Shown here one piece after another: positions 1-9,280 of a stretch of 64,000 nt of DNA. The position numbers and the translations under genes were made by a program. Source of the stretch: an uncultured Candidatus Saccharibacteria bacterium (GTDB lineage: Bacteria; Patescibacteriota; Minisyncoccia; Phycocordibacterales; JACOZG01); NCBI GenBank assembly GCA_964651115.1, contig CAZYXJ010000001.1:106509-170508 (forward strand), read 5' to 3'. A model generated the notes under the pieces. It was given only the letters and a program-made list of their open reading frames with translations, made no database searches and was not told where the DNA came from. Within the stretch, counting starts at the first letter, position 1; each line of letters starts with the position of its first letter.

Positions 1-272
1 GTCGGATTCTTAATCAACCGTGGATTAATCGCTACAACAAAGCCCTGGCGCATGGTGGCGGCCGTCACGCGCGTGCCATCTTTAGTTAAAAAATAAATCG
101 AACCACGATCTGGAGCATTGGTAACGGGACGTTGGTACTGCCGATCAGCCCGATCAGCATAGTAACCACCCTTTACAATTTGGATAAAAAATAAACGGGC
201 AACCAAAACCAGGACTCCTAAGACCAATAGGCCCGCAATAATTCCGATTCGCCGTTCCAATCTAACCGCCAT
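1..272 (-). CDS. ftsI: Penicillin-binding protein (FtsI/PBP3-type), N-terminal part; runs off window start
   Basis: Manual translation from ATG at 272: MAVRLERRIGIIAGLLVLGVLVLVARLFFIQIVKGGYYADRADRQY...DRGSIYF; TM anchor plus the RG.I motif of the PBP dimerisation domain; follows mraZ-rsmH-ftsL. Confidence 0.8.
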   Translation of the reverse strand, partial: MAVRLERRIGIIAGLLVLGVLVLVARLFFIQIVKGGYYADRADRQYQRPVTNAPDRGSIYFLTKDGTRVTAATMRQGFVVAINPRLIKNP

Positions 273-288
273 AAACTCTCAAAGTTAC

Positions 289-606
289 TTAGCGGCGAAA
301 GCTAACTTGCGCGGTTGGAACACTGTCGCGGTAAGCAAAATCGGTCGCTCCAGCCACTGGCACCAAACCTAATTCGGTAGCCCGATCAAGGGTTACCGTG
401 CTAGCCAAAGTTAAGTAAGCCGACTCTAAGGTCGTCACCTCCGTTTGGATCTCGGCCAGTGACTGCAGGGCGCGCTCACGGCCGACTACGTCCATAATGA
501 TGGCATTAACAAAGAAAATATAGACGCCCAAGACCACCACCGCTAAAGCGAAAAAATAATGTACATACAAACGGTAGGGATATTCAACGGTGCGAAGTGT
601 GGTCAT
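289..606 (-). CDS. ftsL: FtsL-like cell division protein (TM plus coiled coil)
   Basis: Single TM, leucine heptads, 'ATELGL' motif; canonical position between rsmH and ftsI. Confidence 0.6.
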   Translation of the reverse strand: MTTLRTVEYPYRLYVHYFFALAVVVLGVYIFFVNAIIMDVVGRERALQSLAEIQTEVTTLESAYLTLASTVTLDRATELGLVPVAGATDFAYRDSVPTAQVSFRR

Positions 607-1502
607 AAAGATACTCGTTTAATGGTTCGTAATTGAGCACTGCGACTGCGGGGATTTTCGCGAGTCTGAGCATAAGTCGGCTTAGTCACTTTTTTGTGAA
701 CAAACTCTGCTCGACCCTCCCGCACCAGTCCTTGAAAAAAAGTTTTAACGATTCGGGCCTCAAGACTGTGAAAACTGATCACGGCTAGTCGGCCGCCCGG
801 GGCCAAGACCTGCCAAGCACTGACTAACCCCGCCTGCAAAGCCCCGAGCTCATCATTCGTCGCCATCCGGATGGCCTGAAAAGTTTTAGTGGCGGGATGG
901 AGGCGCCGATGGGTGTACCAGGCCGGAACGGCACTTAGGACAATCGTCACCAGATCATCCGTCGTCTCGATCGGACGCAAGCGTCGCGTGGCTACAATGG
1001 CCGCGGCAATCCGAGGAGCAAAACGTTCTTCCCCAAACTCCCGCAAAATACTGACCAAGCGCTCTTCGCTCCACTGGTTAACAATTCTCGCCGCCGTCAA
1101 CTCATCGGGACCGGGATTGCTCGCATAAGTCATCAACAGAGGTTCGTGACGACGGAAGCTAAAACCTCGACCCGAACGCTCCAGCTCATCCGAGCTCCAA
1201 CCCAGATCCATCAGGATGCCGTTAACGCTCGCGATCCCGACTTCCTGCAACCGCTCAGCCAGATGACGAAAATTACTTTCGATCAACCTAACGGGGCAGG
1301 GACACTGGGCCAAAGCCGTCTTAGCCTCGACTAACGCCCCGCCATCGGCATCAATTCCGACCAAAAATCCCCCACCGGATAGTTGCTGACAAATTGCTCC
1401 AGCATGACCACCGCGATTGATCGTCGCATCCACCATCACATCATCGGGCTGAGGATCTAAGTCGGTCAGCACTTCTTCGAGTAAAACGGGTAGATGCGCC
1501 AT
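603..1502 (-). CDS. rsmH: 16S rRNA m4C1402 methyltransferase RsmH
   Basis: HLPVLLEE, DAT.NRGGH, DLGWSS, HPATKTFQAIR, VISFHSLE, NPRSRSA motifs. Confidence 0.97.
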   Translation of the reverse strand: MAHLPVLLEEVLTDLDPQPDDVMVDATINRGGHAGAICQQLSGGGFLVGIDADGGALVEAKTALAQCPCPVRLIESNFRHLAERLQEVGIASVNGILMDLGWSSDELERSGRGFSFRRHEPLLMTYASNPGPDELTAARIVNQWSEERLVSILREFGEERFAPRIAAAIVATRRLRPIETTDDLVTIVLSAVPAWYTHRRLHPATKTFQAIRMATNDELGALQAGLVSAWQVLAPGGRLAVISFHSLEARIVKTFFQGLVREGRAEFVHKKVTKPTYAQTRENPRSRSAQLRTIKRVSL

Positions 1503-1506
1503 GGCC

Positions 1507-1941
1507 CTAGATCACTCCAATTTCGCCCAACTTTTGCGCCAGAGCGTCTGCCTGCTTTTCGACTCCGCTCTTGTATTCGCGCCAACGAGCTTGATCCCAA
1601 ATCTCCAAACGATTATGAACTCCAGCCATCACCACTTCTTCTTGCAGACCGGCATACTCTTTCAGAAAATCAGGAATCAGCACTCGACCCATCTTGTCGA
1701 CCTCCGCTACCACCGCCCCCGCGAGCATAAAACGATTAAAGCTCCGCGTGTCTGCTTGACCCATTGAGAGGTTGCCTAACTTTTCGGCAACGTGGGACCA
1801 CTGCTTTTCCGGATAGACGGCCAAACAATGATCCAGCCCGTGCGTTATTACCACACTACGACCAAGTTCCTTACGCAGCCGCGAGGGCAAGGCGATTCGT
1901 TTCTTCTGGTCAATCGTATGATGATACTCGCCGATGAGCAT
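1507..1941 (-). CDS. mraZ: Division/cell-wall cluster transcriptional repressor MraZ
   Basis: GEYHHTIDQKKRIALP and DKMGRVLIP duplicated AbrB-like motifs. Confidence 0.97.
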   Translation of the reverse strand: MLIGEYHHTIDQKKRIALPSRLRKELGRSVVITHGLDHCLAVYPEKQWSHVAEKLGNLSMGQADTRSFNRFMLAGAVVAEVDKMGRVLIPDFLKEYAGLQEEVVMAGVHNRLEIWDQARWREYKSGVEKQADALAQKLGEIGVI

Positions 1942-1948
1942 ATAAAAC

Positions 1949-2015
1949 CCACTTTATCCCACCACGTTACTATTATATGCCACTTCCACCCACTAACCAA
2001 CCCCACTTATCCACA
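1949..2015 (-). promoter_or_regulatory. mraZ promoter with GTGG repeats (MraZ boxes) and a perfect DnaA box
   Basis: TATAAT on the minus strand at 1972-1977; CCAC (GTGG) at 1949, 1959, 1980, 1990, 2003, 2011; TTATCCACA at 2007-2015. Confidence 0.7.
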
Positions 2016-2044
2016 AAAAAAACTCCGCTTTTGGGCGGAGGTTT
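2015..2044 (-). terminator. Intrinsic terminator after the efflux adaptor gene
   Basis: CTCCGC-ccaaaa-GCGGAG followed by a T8 tract on the minus strand. Confidence 0.7.
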
Positions 2045-2068
2045 GATCGTTGCCTAAAAAATTTAAAT

Positions 2069-3499
2069 TTACTCGCGCGGTGGGTCGGTTAAGACGACTT
2101 CGCCCGCCTCGAGGCCAGACAAAATCTCAATCAAGCCATTAACCCCCAAAATACCCGTCGTTACCGAACGTTTTTCTGAGCCCGTCGCTGTAGCCACATA
2201 CACCGCCGGTCCCCGATCGTCATAAATAAGGGCTCGGACAGGAATCGCTAAAGCATTATTGCTGGAAGCTGAGTTAATGTTAACGTTGGCCGTCATCCCC
2301 GAGCGGATCCGTTCGTCGCGAGAATCAAATTGAACCGTAATTTTGTAAGTCGCTACGTCATTGACCACCGTTTCCGCCGGATCAATCTGCGTTACCGTCA
2401 CCGGCAAGCGTAGGGCTTCGCCATAGGCGTCAAGTGTGGCCGTGCCCTTATTACCGACCGCCAATTTGGCGATCTCCGCTTCGGGCACCTTTGATTCGAT
2501 TTCAAAATTATTAGCCGAAATGACTTTGGCCACCACGACACCAGCCGAGACCAGCTCACCCACCTCGGCATCCTGGAGAGCCACCACGCCATCAATTGGC
2601 GAACGGAGCGTGCGCTGAGCAATCTCTTGCTCGAGACGACGGACCTCCGCTTCGGCCTGCGCCACCTCCGCCTCAGCCACCGTTAAGCCCGTCAACTTAC
2701 CAGTCACTCGGGCCTCGGCCTCACTAATCACTCGATCACGAGTCCTCATCGCTTCGCGGTAAGCATTGTAGTTGGCGGCGTAGTCACTGCTTGACCGATT
2801 AGGAATATCCACATACCAAGTGGTGTCGTTATAATTTAAAACATCGTCCGGGAAAGAAATGAACAGGCCCTGGGTTCCGAACGGCGTGGGCTCATTATCT
2901 TCAATCAAAATTGGCCCAGAGCGCTCCGCGCCAAAGGTCAACAATTCAAAATCATCCACGCCGCCAGTTTTACGCAGAATACGAATTTTATATTGGCCCT
3001 CCGACCCCGTGTAGCGACCGGTAATTAGGGGCGACGTCAGATCATAATTAGCCGACGATGGCACGGCCACCAAATTACTAGACAAGAGCGTGCGGTAAGC
3101 ACTCATCACCAACTGATCTTGCTCTTTGGTAACTTCACTCACATTAACGGAGGTGTTGCCGGCCTCGGCCCGCTTTAGGGCCACCGCGGCCCGAGCCGCC
3201 GCCAGCTGAGCTTCGAGCGTGGCCGTGTCTAATCTAATCAGCGCCTCACCAGTTTTAACAGTCTGACCCACCACGACTGGCGTCGCCACCACCCGACCCG
3301 CCGTCTCAAAAGCCAACGAAGTGTCGGTGGCGGCGGCCACCGTACCAATCACGGTGACGATCTGCTCCACATCACTCGGCGCCACCGTCACTCGATCAGT
3401 CGGCGCGGCGGGCTCGCGGAGCCACCACCACAACAAAGCGACCACCACTAACGCGGCGATCAGCCACCACCACCAACGCTTGAGTTTAAAATACTTCAT
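2069..3499 (-). CDS. Efflux RND/MacA-type periplasmic adaptor (membrane fusion protein)
   Basis: N-terminal TM, lipoyl halves (GRVV..PVVVGQTVKTGE; LRSPIDGVV), coiled coil, 'IRSGMTANV', 'EILSGLEAGE'. Start moved to ATG 3499, 7 nt below TACAAT. Confidence 0.85.
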   Translation of the reverse strand: MKYFKLKRWWWWLIAALVVVALLWWWLREPAAPTDRVTVAPSDVEQIVTVIGTVAAATDTSLAFETAGRVVATPVVVGQTVKTGEALIRLDTATLEAQLAAARAAVALKRAEAGNTSVNVSEVTKEQDQLVMSAYRTLLSSNLVAVPSSANYDLTSPLITGRYTGSEGQYKIRILRKTGGVDDFELLTFGAERSGPILIEDNEPTPFGTQGLFISFPDDVLNYNDTTWYVDIPNRSSSDYAANYNAYREAMRTRDRVISEAEARVTGKLTGLTVAEAEVAQAEAEVRRLEQEIAQRTLRSPIDGVVALQDAEVGELVSAGVVVAKVISANNFEIESKVPEAEIAKLAVGNKGTATLDAYGEALRLPVTVTQIDPAETVVNDVATYKITVQFDSRDERIRSGMTANVNINSASSNNALAIPVRALIYDDRGPAVYVATATGSEKRSVTTGILGVNGLIEILSGLEAGEVVLTDPPRE

Positions 3500-3532
3500 C
3501 ATCTCTATTGTAAACACAAATCACCTCCTTCG

Positions 3533-4996
3533 CTAGCGCGGGCGCATCGTCGGGAAGAAAATAACCTCCCGGATCGCCTGAGTGTCGGTGGCCAGCATCA
3601 CCAACCGATCAATCCCCAAGCCCCAACCAGTCGTTGGCGGCAAACCATACTCCAGCGCTTCCACATAAGAATCATCCTTAGCTTGCGCCTCCTCATCGCC
3701 GCTAGCGCGTCTGGCTTCTTGCTCGGTAAAGCGTTCGGCCTGATCCAAGGGATCATTAAGTTCGGCAAAGCCGTTAACCAACTCCAAACCACCAGCGACT
3801 AACTGAAAACGACTAATTAAACTGGGTTGATCGGCTTGGCGCTTGGCCAGCGGCGAAAACTCGACCGGATAATCAGTAATAAAAATGGGTTGAATTAATT
3901 TTGGCCGACACATCTTTTTGTAAATGCTGTCCAAAATCTTGGTCCGATGTTCGCCGGGGGCCACCGTAATACCAAATTGGGCGGCCTTTAACGCCAACTC
4001 TTTTTCGGGCAAGTTTAAATCATTGATCAGCGTGTATTTTTGCAGTAGGTCAGCAAAGGTGATCACCGGGATCTGACCAGCAAAAGAGAGCACCGCGCCA
4101 TTATAGGCTACCTCCGTGGTACCCAAGGCCTTTTTAAATACGGAGCGCACCATCTCGGCCACCAACTTCTGGGCCGCCCCGGGAGTGCCATAGGCCTCAT
4201 AGACCTCCAGCGAGGTAAACTCTGGATTGTGAGTCGCGTCGAGTCCTTCGTTACGAAAACTTCGCCCCAATTCAAAGACTTTAGAAAACCCACCAATCAC
4301 CATTTGTTTAAGATGAAGTTCAGGGGCGACTCGCAAATACAAATCGAGATCCAGCGCCTCGTGATGAGTAACAAAAGGGGTGGCCGTCGCCCCGCCAGCC
4401 ACCGTCTGGAGCATCGGCGTCTCCACCTCCATAAAATCATGTCGCTGTAAGAATTGGCGCACCTCGGCAATCAAGCGAGAACGCAAAACAAATCGCTGTC
4501 GCACTTCGGGCGACATCAGACTATCAAGATAACGTCGGCGAAAACGCTCCTCGACTTCCGAAAGTCCGTGCCACTGACTCGGCAGGGGCCGGAGTGCTTT
4601 CGCCAACATCAACCACTCAGCCACCGCCACGCTCTGTTCGCCTCGCTTGGTAACCACCAACGAACCCGTCACGCCAATAAAGTCGCCCAAGTCAACTGTC
4701 TCCACAAAACGTTCAAACAACTCAGCCGACAACTCATCTTTTTTAAACACGGCCTGAAAAGTTCCCGTTCCGTCATCAAGATTGCAAAACAAAATTCCCC
4801 CCTGACCACGGATCGCTCGGACCCGACCAACGATTGAGACTTTTTTGCCTGACGTTACCAACTCATCAAACTTGGCCACCACCTCGGCCACGCTGTGGTC
4901 ATGAGGAAAATCAATCGGATAAGGATCAACGCCCGCCGATCTGAGCGCCTCCAATTTTTTGATGCGCTCACTGCGTAATTCTTCTAATGAAGCCAT
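3533..4996 (-). CDS. lysS: Lysine--tRNA ligase (class II)
   Basis: OB-fold N-terminus, FRRRYLD, GGATATPF.THH, FRNEG, YGLPPTTGWGLGIDRL. Confidence 0.98.
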   Translation of the reverse strand: MASLEELRSERIKKLEALRSAGVDPYPIDFPHDHSVAEVVAKFDELVTSGKKVSIVGRVRAIRGQGGILFCNLDDGTGTFQAVFKKDELSAELFERFVETVDLGDFIGVTGSLVVTKRGEQSVAVAEWLMLAKALRPLPSQWHGLSEVEERFRRRYLDSLMSPEVRQRFVLRSRLIAEVRQFLQRHDFMEVETPMLQTVAGGATATPFVTHHEALDLDLYLRVAPELHLKQMVIGGFSKVFELGRSFRNEGLDATHNPEFTSLEVYEAYGTPGAAQKLVAEMVRSVFKKALGTTEVAYNGAVLSFAGQIPVITFADLLQKYTLINDLNLPEKELALKAAQFGITVAPGEHRTKILDSIYKKMCRPKLIQPIFITDYPVEFSPLAKRQADQPSLISRFQLVAGGLELVNGFAELNDPLDQAERFTEQEARRASGDEEAQAKDDSYVEALEYGLPPTTGWGLGIDRLVMLATDTQAIREVIFFPTMRPR

Positions 4997-4999
4997 GAG

Positions 5000-5458
5000 T
5001 TATTCTAGACTAAGAATTTTGTACTCCACACTGCCCCGAGGCGTCTCGACGGTGACGCTATCACCCTTCTTCCGTCCCAGGAGAGCGGCGCCAATCGGCG
5101 ATTGATAGGAAACTTTGCCCGACGCAATATCGGCCTCCTCACTACCCACAATCGTCAACAACTGGTCTGAACCACCGGCTCGCTTAACCTTAAGCGTCGT
5201 GCCAACCTCCACCACCGTACTGTGATGCGCCTCCACAATCTCGCTCGACTTGAGCAAATCCTCTAATTGACGGATTCGGTCTTCAATCTCCGCCTGCTCT
5301 TCGCGCGCGGCATGATACTCAGCGTTTTCCGAAAGATCGCCTAACGACTTCGCAAAATCTAGCCGCTCCGCTACCTCCTTTCGACGAATCATTTTTAATT
5401 CGTGTAATTCGGCAACCAACTGTTCATGCTTCTCGCGGCTTAAATAGTGTTTATCCAT
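5000..5458 (-). CDS. greA: Transcription elongation factor GreA
   Basis: GDLSENAEYHAA and SPIGAALLG motifs. Confidence 0.97.
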   Translation of the reverse strand: MDKHYLSREKHEQLVAELHELKMIRRKEVAERLDFAKSLGDLSENAEYHAAREEQAEIEDRIRQLEDLLKSSEIVEAHHSTVVEVGTTLKVKRAGGSDQLLTIVGSEEADIASGKVSYQSPIGAALLGRKKGDSVTVETPRGSVEYKILSLE

Positions 5459-5493
5459 GATGGCGCTTATTCTACTTTATTTCGTGGTCGCGG

Positions 5494-7176
5494 TCAACGA
5501 GTCTCGGCGAGCAAATATTCTGGCCGATTAGCGACGAGCCAATTGATGACCTGTCGCATCGCAAGAGTGGCCCCGACTAAATTATTTCGACTCCCTTGCT
5601 CCAAAACAACCACGTAAGCAAAACGAGGATTTTCGTAAGGCCAAAAACCCATCGTCCAGGAGTTAACGTCAGCTTTCGATACGCCAAGCTCCGCCGTTCC
5701 CGTCTTGCCCGCGATCGCTACCTCGTTAACCATTAATCCCTTGGCTGTCCCTTCCAGCACGGCCTGACGCATCCCCTCGCGGACAATTTGCAAATTCTCC
5801 GGCGAAACAGCCTTAAGCGGCGTGCTCACTGGCTGATCGGTGAGCGAAATAGTTGGTCGAACGAGAGACCCCGTCGCCAGCGCTCCCACCACGCGCACCA
5901 TCTGCAGAGGCGTGACCTGAAAGCCGTACTGCCCGATCACGGTATGATAAGTGTCGCCTAAACGCCAAGGCTCGCCGTCAAAAACTTTTTCTTTCCATTC
6001 GGGGGTCGGAATATTTCCGGTCTCTTCGCTACCAAATCTAAAGCCGGTGGCCTCACCCAGACCAAAAGCTTGGGCATAACGATCAATTGCCCGGATGCCG
6101 ATCCCCCGCTGATCCTCATAGCCGCCACCCACGGCGTAAAAATAGACGTTAGAAGACACCGCCAAGGCCCGACGAAGATCGACCCAACCGTGCGCCTTCC
6201 AATCGCGAAAAATCGACTTCTCTTTGGGATTGTAAGGATTAGCAATCGCGATTTCGCCGCTAGAATAAATCTGCTTAGTGGGTGAAATCACTCCTTCTTG
6301 CAAGGCGGCGGCGGCCATGATCGTTTTTACAATCGAGCCGGGCGTGTAGAGTCCACGCAAAACGCGATTAAGAAACGGGAGACGCTCATCGGCGAGATAG
6401 CCATTGATCGCGGCTCGATCCTGACCACCCGACAACACGCCAGACCCGTACTCTGGTGCGCTGACCATCGCCAACAATTGCCCCGTCTTAACATCCATAA
6501 TCAAACCGGCTCCACCGCGAAAGCCATACTCCGACATCATCGACTCAATCGCTCGACCTAGTTCTCCCTGGACTCCCAAATCAATCGAGAGCCGGACGGG
6601 TGCTCCGCTTTTGGGCACCTCCAACACATGCTCCGAGACCACCTGGCCACCCACATCCACCTCTTCAATTTTTAAACCCCGTCCACCCTCCAACTCCTCG
6701 TTAAACCAGCGCTCAGCTCCCTCACGCCCTACCATCTGCTTGGGGTGAAAGTTGCCGGTGGCCATCTCCTCTTCGTTAGGATAACCAATGTAGCCAACCA
6801 GGTGCGCTAACCCAGGCGCCTCATTATACGCTCGACCAAGTTCGGCATCGTTCCAAGCCAACTCCTCACCATTACGATCCTCGATAATTCCCCGTTCGGC
6901 AAAAATTGGGATGTGCCGCAAAGTATTGTTGTGACTACGCTCGGCCAAAGCATTACCTTGCACCACCTGCAATTGAAAAACTTTGCCTAAAAAAATAACC
7001 AGCACCAGAGCAAACAAGCCGGCCAAAAAATAAAACGAGAGTTTACTAATCGGTTTTTCTAGTCGTCCCTCGAATTGTTGAGTGTTGAACGAAGGCAGAT
7101 TGCGCGCGTCGAGCAAAACCTCATCCGGATCTAGATCGCGATAGGCCTGCTTAAATCGACGACGAAAAGGGGTCAT
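5494..7176 (-). CDS. mrdA: Penicillin-binding protein 2 (elongasome transpeptidase)
   Basis: PGSIVK (SxxK), SSN, KTGT motifs; downstream of mreBC. Confidence 0.9.
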   Translation of the reverse strand: MTPFRRRFKQAYRDLDPDEVLLDARNLPSFNTQQFEGRLEKPISKLSFYFLAGLFALVLVIFLGKVFQLQVVQGNALAERSHNNTLRHIPIFAERGIIEDRNGEELAWNDAELGRAYNEAPGLAHLVGYIGYPNEEEMATGNFHPKQMVGREGAERWFNEELEGGRGLKIEEVDVGGQVVSEHVLEVPKSGAPVRLSIDLGVQGELGRAIESMMSEYGFRGGAGLIMDVKTGQLLAMVSAPEYGSGVLSGGQDRAAINGYLADERLPFLNRVLRGLYTPGSIVKTIMAAAALQEGVISPTKQIYSSGEIAIANPYNPKEKSIFRDWKAHGWVDLRRALAVSSNVYFYAVGGGYEDQRGIGIRAIDRYAQAFGLGEATGFRFGSEETGNIPTPEWKEKVFDGEPWRLGDTYHTVIGQYGFQVTPLQMVRVVGALATGSLVRPTISLTDQPVSTPLKAVSPENLQIVREGMRQAVLEGTAKGLMVNEVAIAGKTGTAELGVSKADVNSWTMGFWPYENPRFAYVVVLEQGSRNNLVGATLAMRQVINWLVANRPEYLLAETR

Positions 7177-7436
7177 GACGACACCATTATACGACTTTTG
7201 ATCTCGGGGGCGAGCACCACCAACATCAGACTAATCACGGTAAGGGGTAAACGGACGAAAAAGGGCCACAGCAAGAAAAAGCCATACCACCAATCGAACA
7301 ACAGAGCCACCAGCACCAACTCGTAATAATATTTAAACTGCCACAAAGCGACGAGGGCCAAGGCTAAACTGCCCCACCACGGCAGACTAAAAATTGACCA
7401 CAGGAGCGCCAGAGTAAAAATCACTCTAGAAATCAT
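7173..7436 (-). CDS. Small membrane protein in the MreD position
   Basis: Three hydrophobic segments; lies between mreC and pbp2. Confidence 0.5.
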   Translation of the reverse strand: MISRVIFTLALLWSIFSLPWWGSLALALVALWQFKYYYELVLVALLFDWWYGFFLLWPFFVRLPLTVISLMLVVLAPEIKSRIMVSS

Positions 7437-8247
7437 GGATCTCGACAAAGCGCAAGGCGCCGATATTTAGGGGAAAACGGAAAAAGATTTTCTGCGAGGA
7501 ATCGCTCGGGTCGCTCTCAATCTCACCGATCCGACCCAAGTAGCGCTCCACCGGCGAGCTCGAGGCCGTCACCACGTCGCCCACCATCACCGGGACGCCC
7601 CGCGGCAACGTCACCTCAAAGTTGCCGTTGCCGCGGCCGCGGGCTTTGACCGCGGCGGTGCTGGTGCCCACCAGCACGGGCGTCTCTGACCCGGGAGCAG
7701 AAAGCAGTCGAATGCGTACCAAATGATCGTTAACCTCACCCACTAAACCAAGCAACAAGGAACCACCGAAGGTCACTGGCGCTCCCACCCGAACTAACTG
7801 ACCAGTCGGAATCTCGGCAATTAACGTATCGTAGGGACTGGCCCAACCCAGGGACAAAACTCGACCAATCGTCACCGCCTCAGTCGAAGTAGCCTTAAAC
7901 CCCAATTGGCCCAACAGCGCCGCCCGCTCAGCGCGCACCTGATCATAATCGAGTAAGCGCACCTCCAGCTCGGCCACCTTGGTTTGCAACGCCTGATTTT
8001 GCGCCAACAAGCGATCTTTCCCACCCAACAAAGCCGACAGAAAATCTAGTCCACCCAAGGTGGCCTGACCAGCCGTTTTCGCCAGTGGCTCCACCACCGT
8101 CGCGGCCGGAGACAAGCGATCAGCCAGCCAACTACCGCCCCAAACCAAAAAGGCGGCGGCCGCGATCAGTACCAAGAAACGCCGCCAACGCTTAGGCCGC
8201 GGCCGAGCAAAACGATCAGGACCGGTCGGGTATTGAGTCATCGTCAT
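7426..8247 (-). CDS. mreC: Rod shape-determining protein MreC
   Basis: TM, coiled coil, beta-rich C-terminus; immediately after mreB. Confidence 0.85.
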   Translation of the reverse strand: MTMTQYPTGPDRFARPRPKRWRRFLVLIAAAAFLVWGGSWLADRLSPAATVVEPLAKTAGQATLGGLDFLSALLGGKDRLLAQNQALQTKVAELEVRLLDYDQVRAERAALLGQLGFKATSTEAVTIGRVLSLGWASPYDTLIAEIPTGQLVRVGAPVTFGGSLLLGLVGEVNDHLVRIRLLSAPGSETPVLVGTSTAAVKARGRGNGNFEVTLPRGVPVMVGDVVTASSSPVERYLGRIGEIESDPSDSSQKIFFRFPLNIGALRFVEIHDF

Positions 8248-9280
8248 TAATTAGAATATCACGATAACGCTCCAGATCATCGAGCACCACCCCCGTCCCT
8301 CGGACCACCGCCGTGAGGGGATCCTCGGTGACGGTAATCGGCAACTTGAGAGCGTGAGCCAAGAGCTCGGGCATCCCCTTAATCAAGGCGCCACCGCCAA
8401 CCAAAATGATTCCCTTGTGCATGACGTCAGAAATTACCTCCGGCGGCGTAGACTCAAGAACTTCCTTAATCGAATCCACCAAAATTTCGATCGACGGGCC
8501 AATCGCCTCTTTAATATCCGCGTCCGTGATCACCACTTCCTTAGGCAAACCCGTCACCAAATCTCTTCCGCGGACAGTCGCGTCAAGCGGCTCCTTAGAC
8601 TTCCAAACCGAACCGATGGCAATTTTTACGTCCTCGGCCGTTTTTTCGCCGAGTAAAATTTTAAACTCATCACGAATATAAGTCATGATGTCGGAATTTA
8701 AGCGGTCGCCGGCAATCTTTAAATTTTTTGCTCGCACAATGCCACCCAAAGAAATCACCGCGATATCCGTCGTCCCACCGCCAATATCAATAATCATACT
8801 GCCAACGGGTTCGTGAACCGGCAACCTAATGCCCACGGCGGCGGCCATCGGCTCCTCGATAATGGCGACTTCACCAGCGCCGGCATTACGCGCGGCATCT
8901 CGCACCGCCCGCACCTCGACGTTAGTCACCGAGACCGGAACGCCAATCACCACGCGCGGTCGCAAAAACTTTTTCGGACTAAACTCTTGCGCTCGCCGAA
9001 TAAAATACGCCAGCATCTCCTCGGCGACCTCAAAATTAGAAATCACCCCATCAACCAACGGTCGGATCACCGAGACGTGCGCCGGCGTCCGACCGACCAT
9101 TTGTTTAGCGTCGGTACCAATGGCCACTACCCGACCCGTCTTCTCGTTAATCGCCACGATTGTCGGCTCGTTAATAACGATGCCGTGACCTTTGATATAA
9201 ACGAGCGTGTTGGCCGTACCCAAATCAATGCCGATATCGGTAGACCATGAACGCTTTAGCTTGTCCCAAAATTTAGCCAT
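8216..9280 (-). CDS. mreB: Rod shape-determining protein MreB
   Basis: IGIDLGTANT, DIGGGTTD, LVGGGALI motifs. Confidence 0.97.
   Translation of the reverse strand: MAKFWDKLKRSWSTDIGIDLGTANTLVYIKGHGIVINEPTIVAINEKTGRVVAIGTDAKQMVGRTPAHVSVIRPLVDGVISNFEVAEEMLAYFIRRAQEFSPKKFLRPRVVIGVPVSVTNVEVRAVRDAARNAGAGEVAIIEEPMAAAVGIRLPVHEPVGSMIIDIGGGTTDIAVISLGGIVRAKNLKIAGDRLNSDIMTYIRDEFKILLGEKTAEDVKIAIGSVWKSKEPLDATVRGRDLVTGLPKEVVITDADIKEAIGPSIEILVDSIKEVLESTPPEVISDVMHKGIILVGGGALIKGMPELLAHALKLPITVTEDPLTAVVRGTGVVLDDLERYRDILINDDDSIPDRS

Noticed and set aside
2007-2015. Chromosomal replication origin
   Set aside because: Single DnaA box in a short intergenic region, with no box cluster and no dnaA/dnaN nearby.
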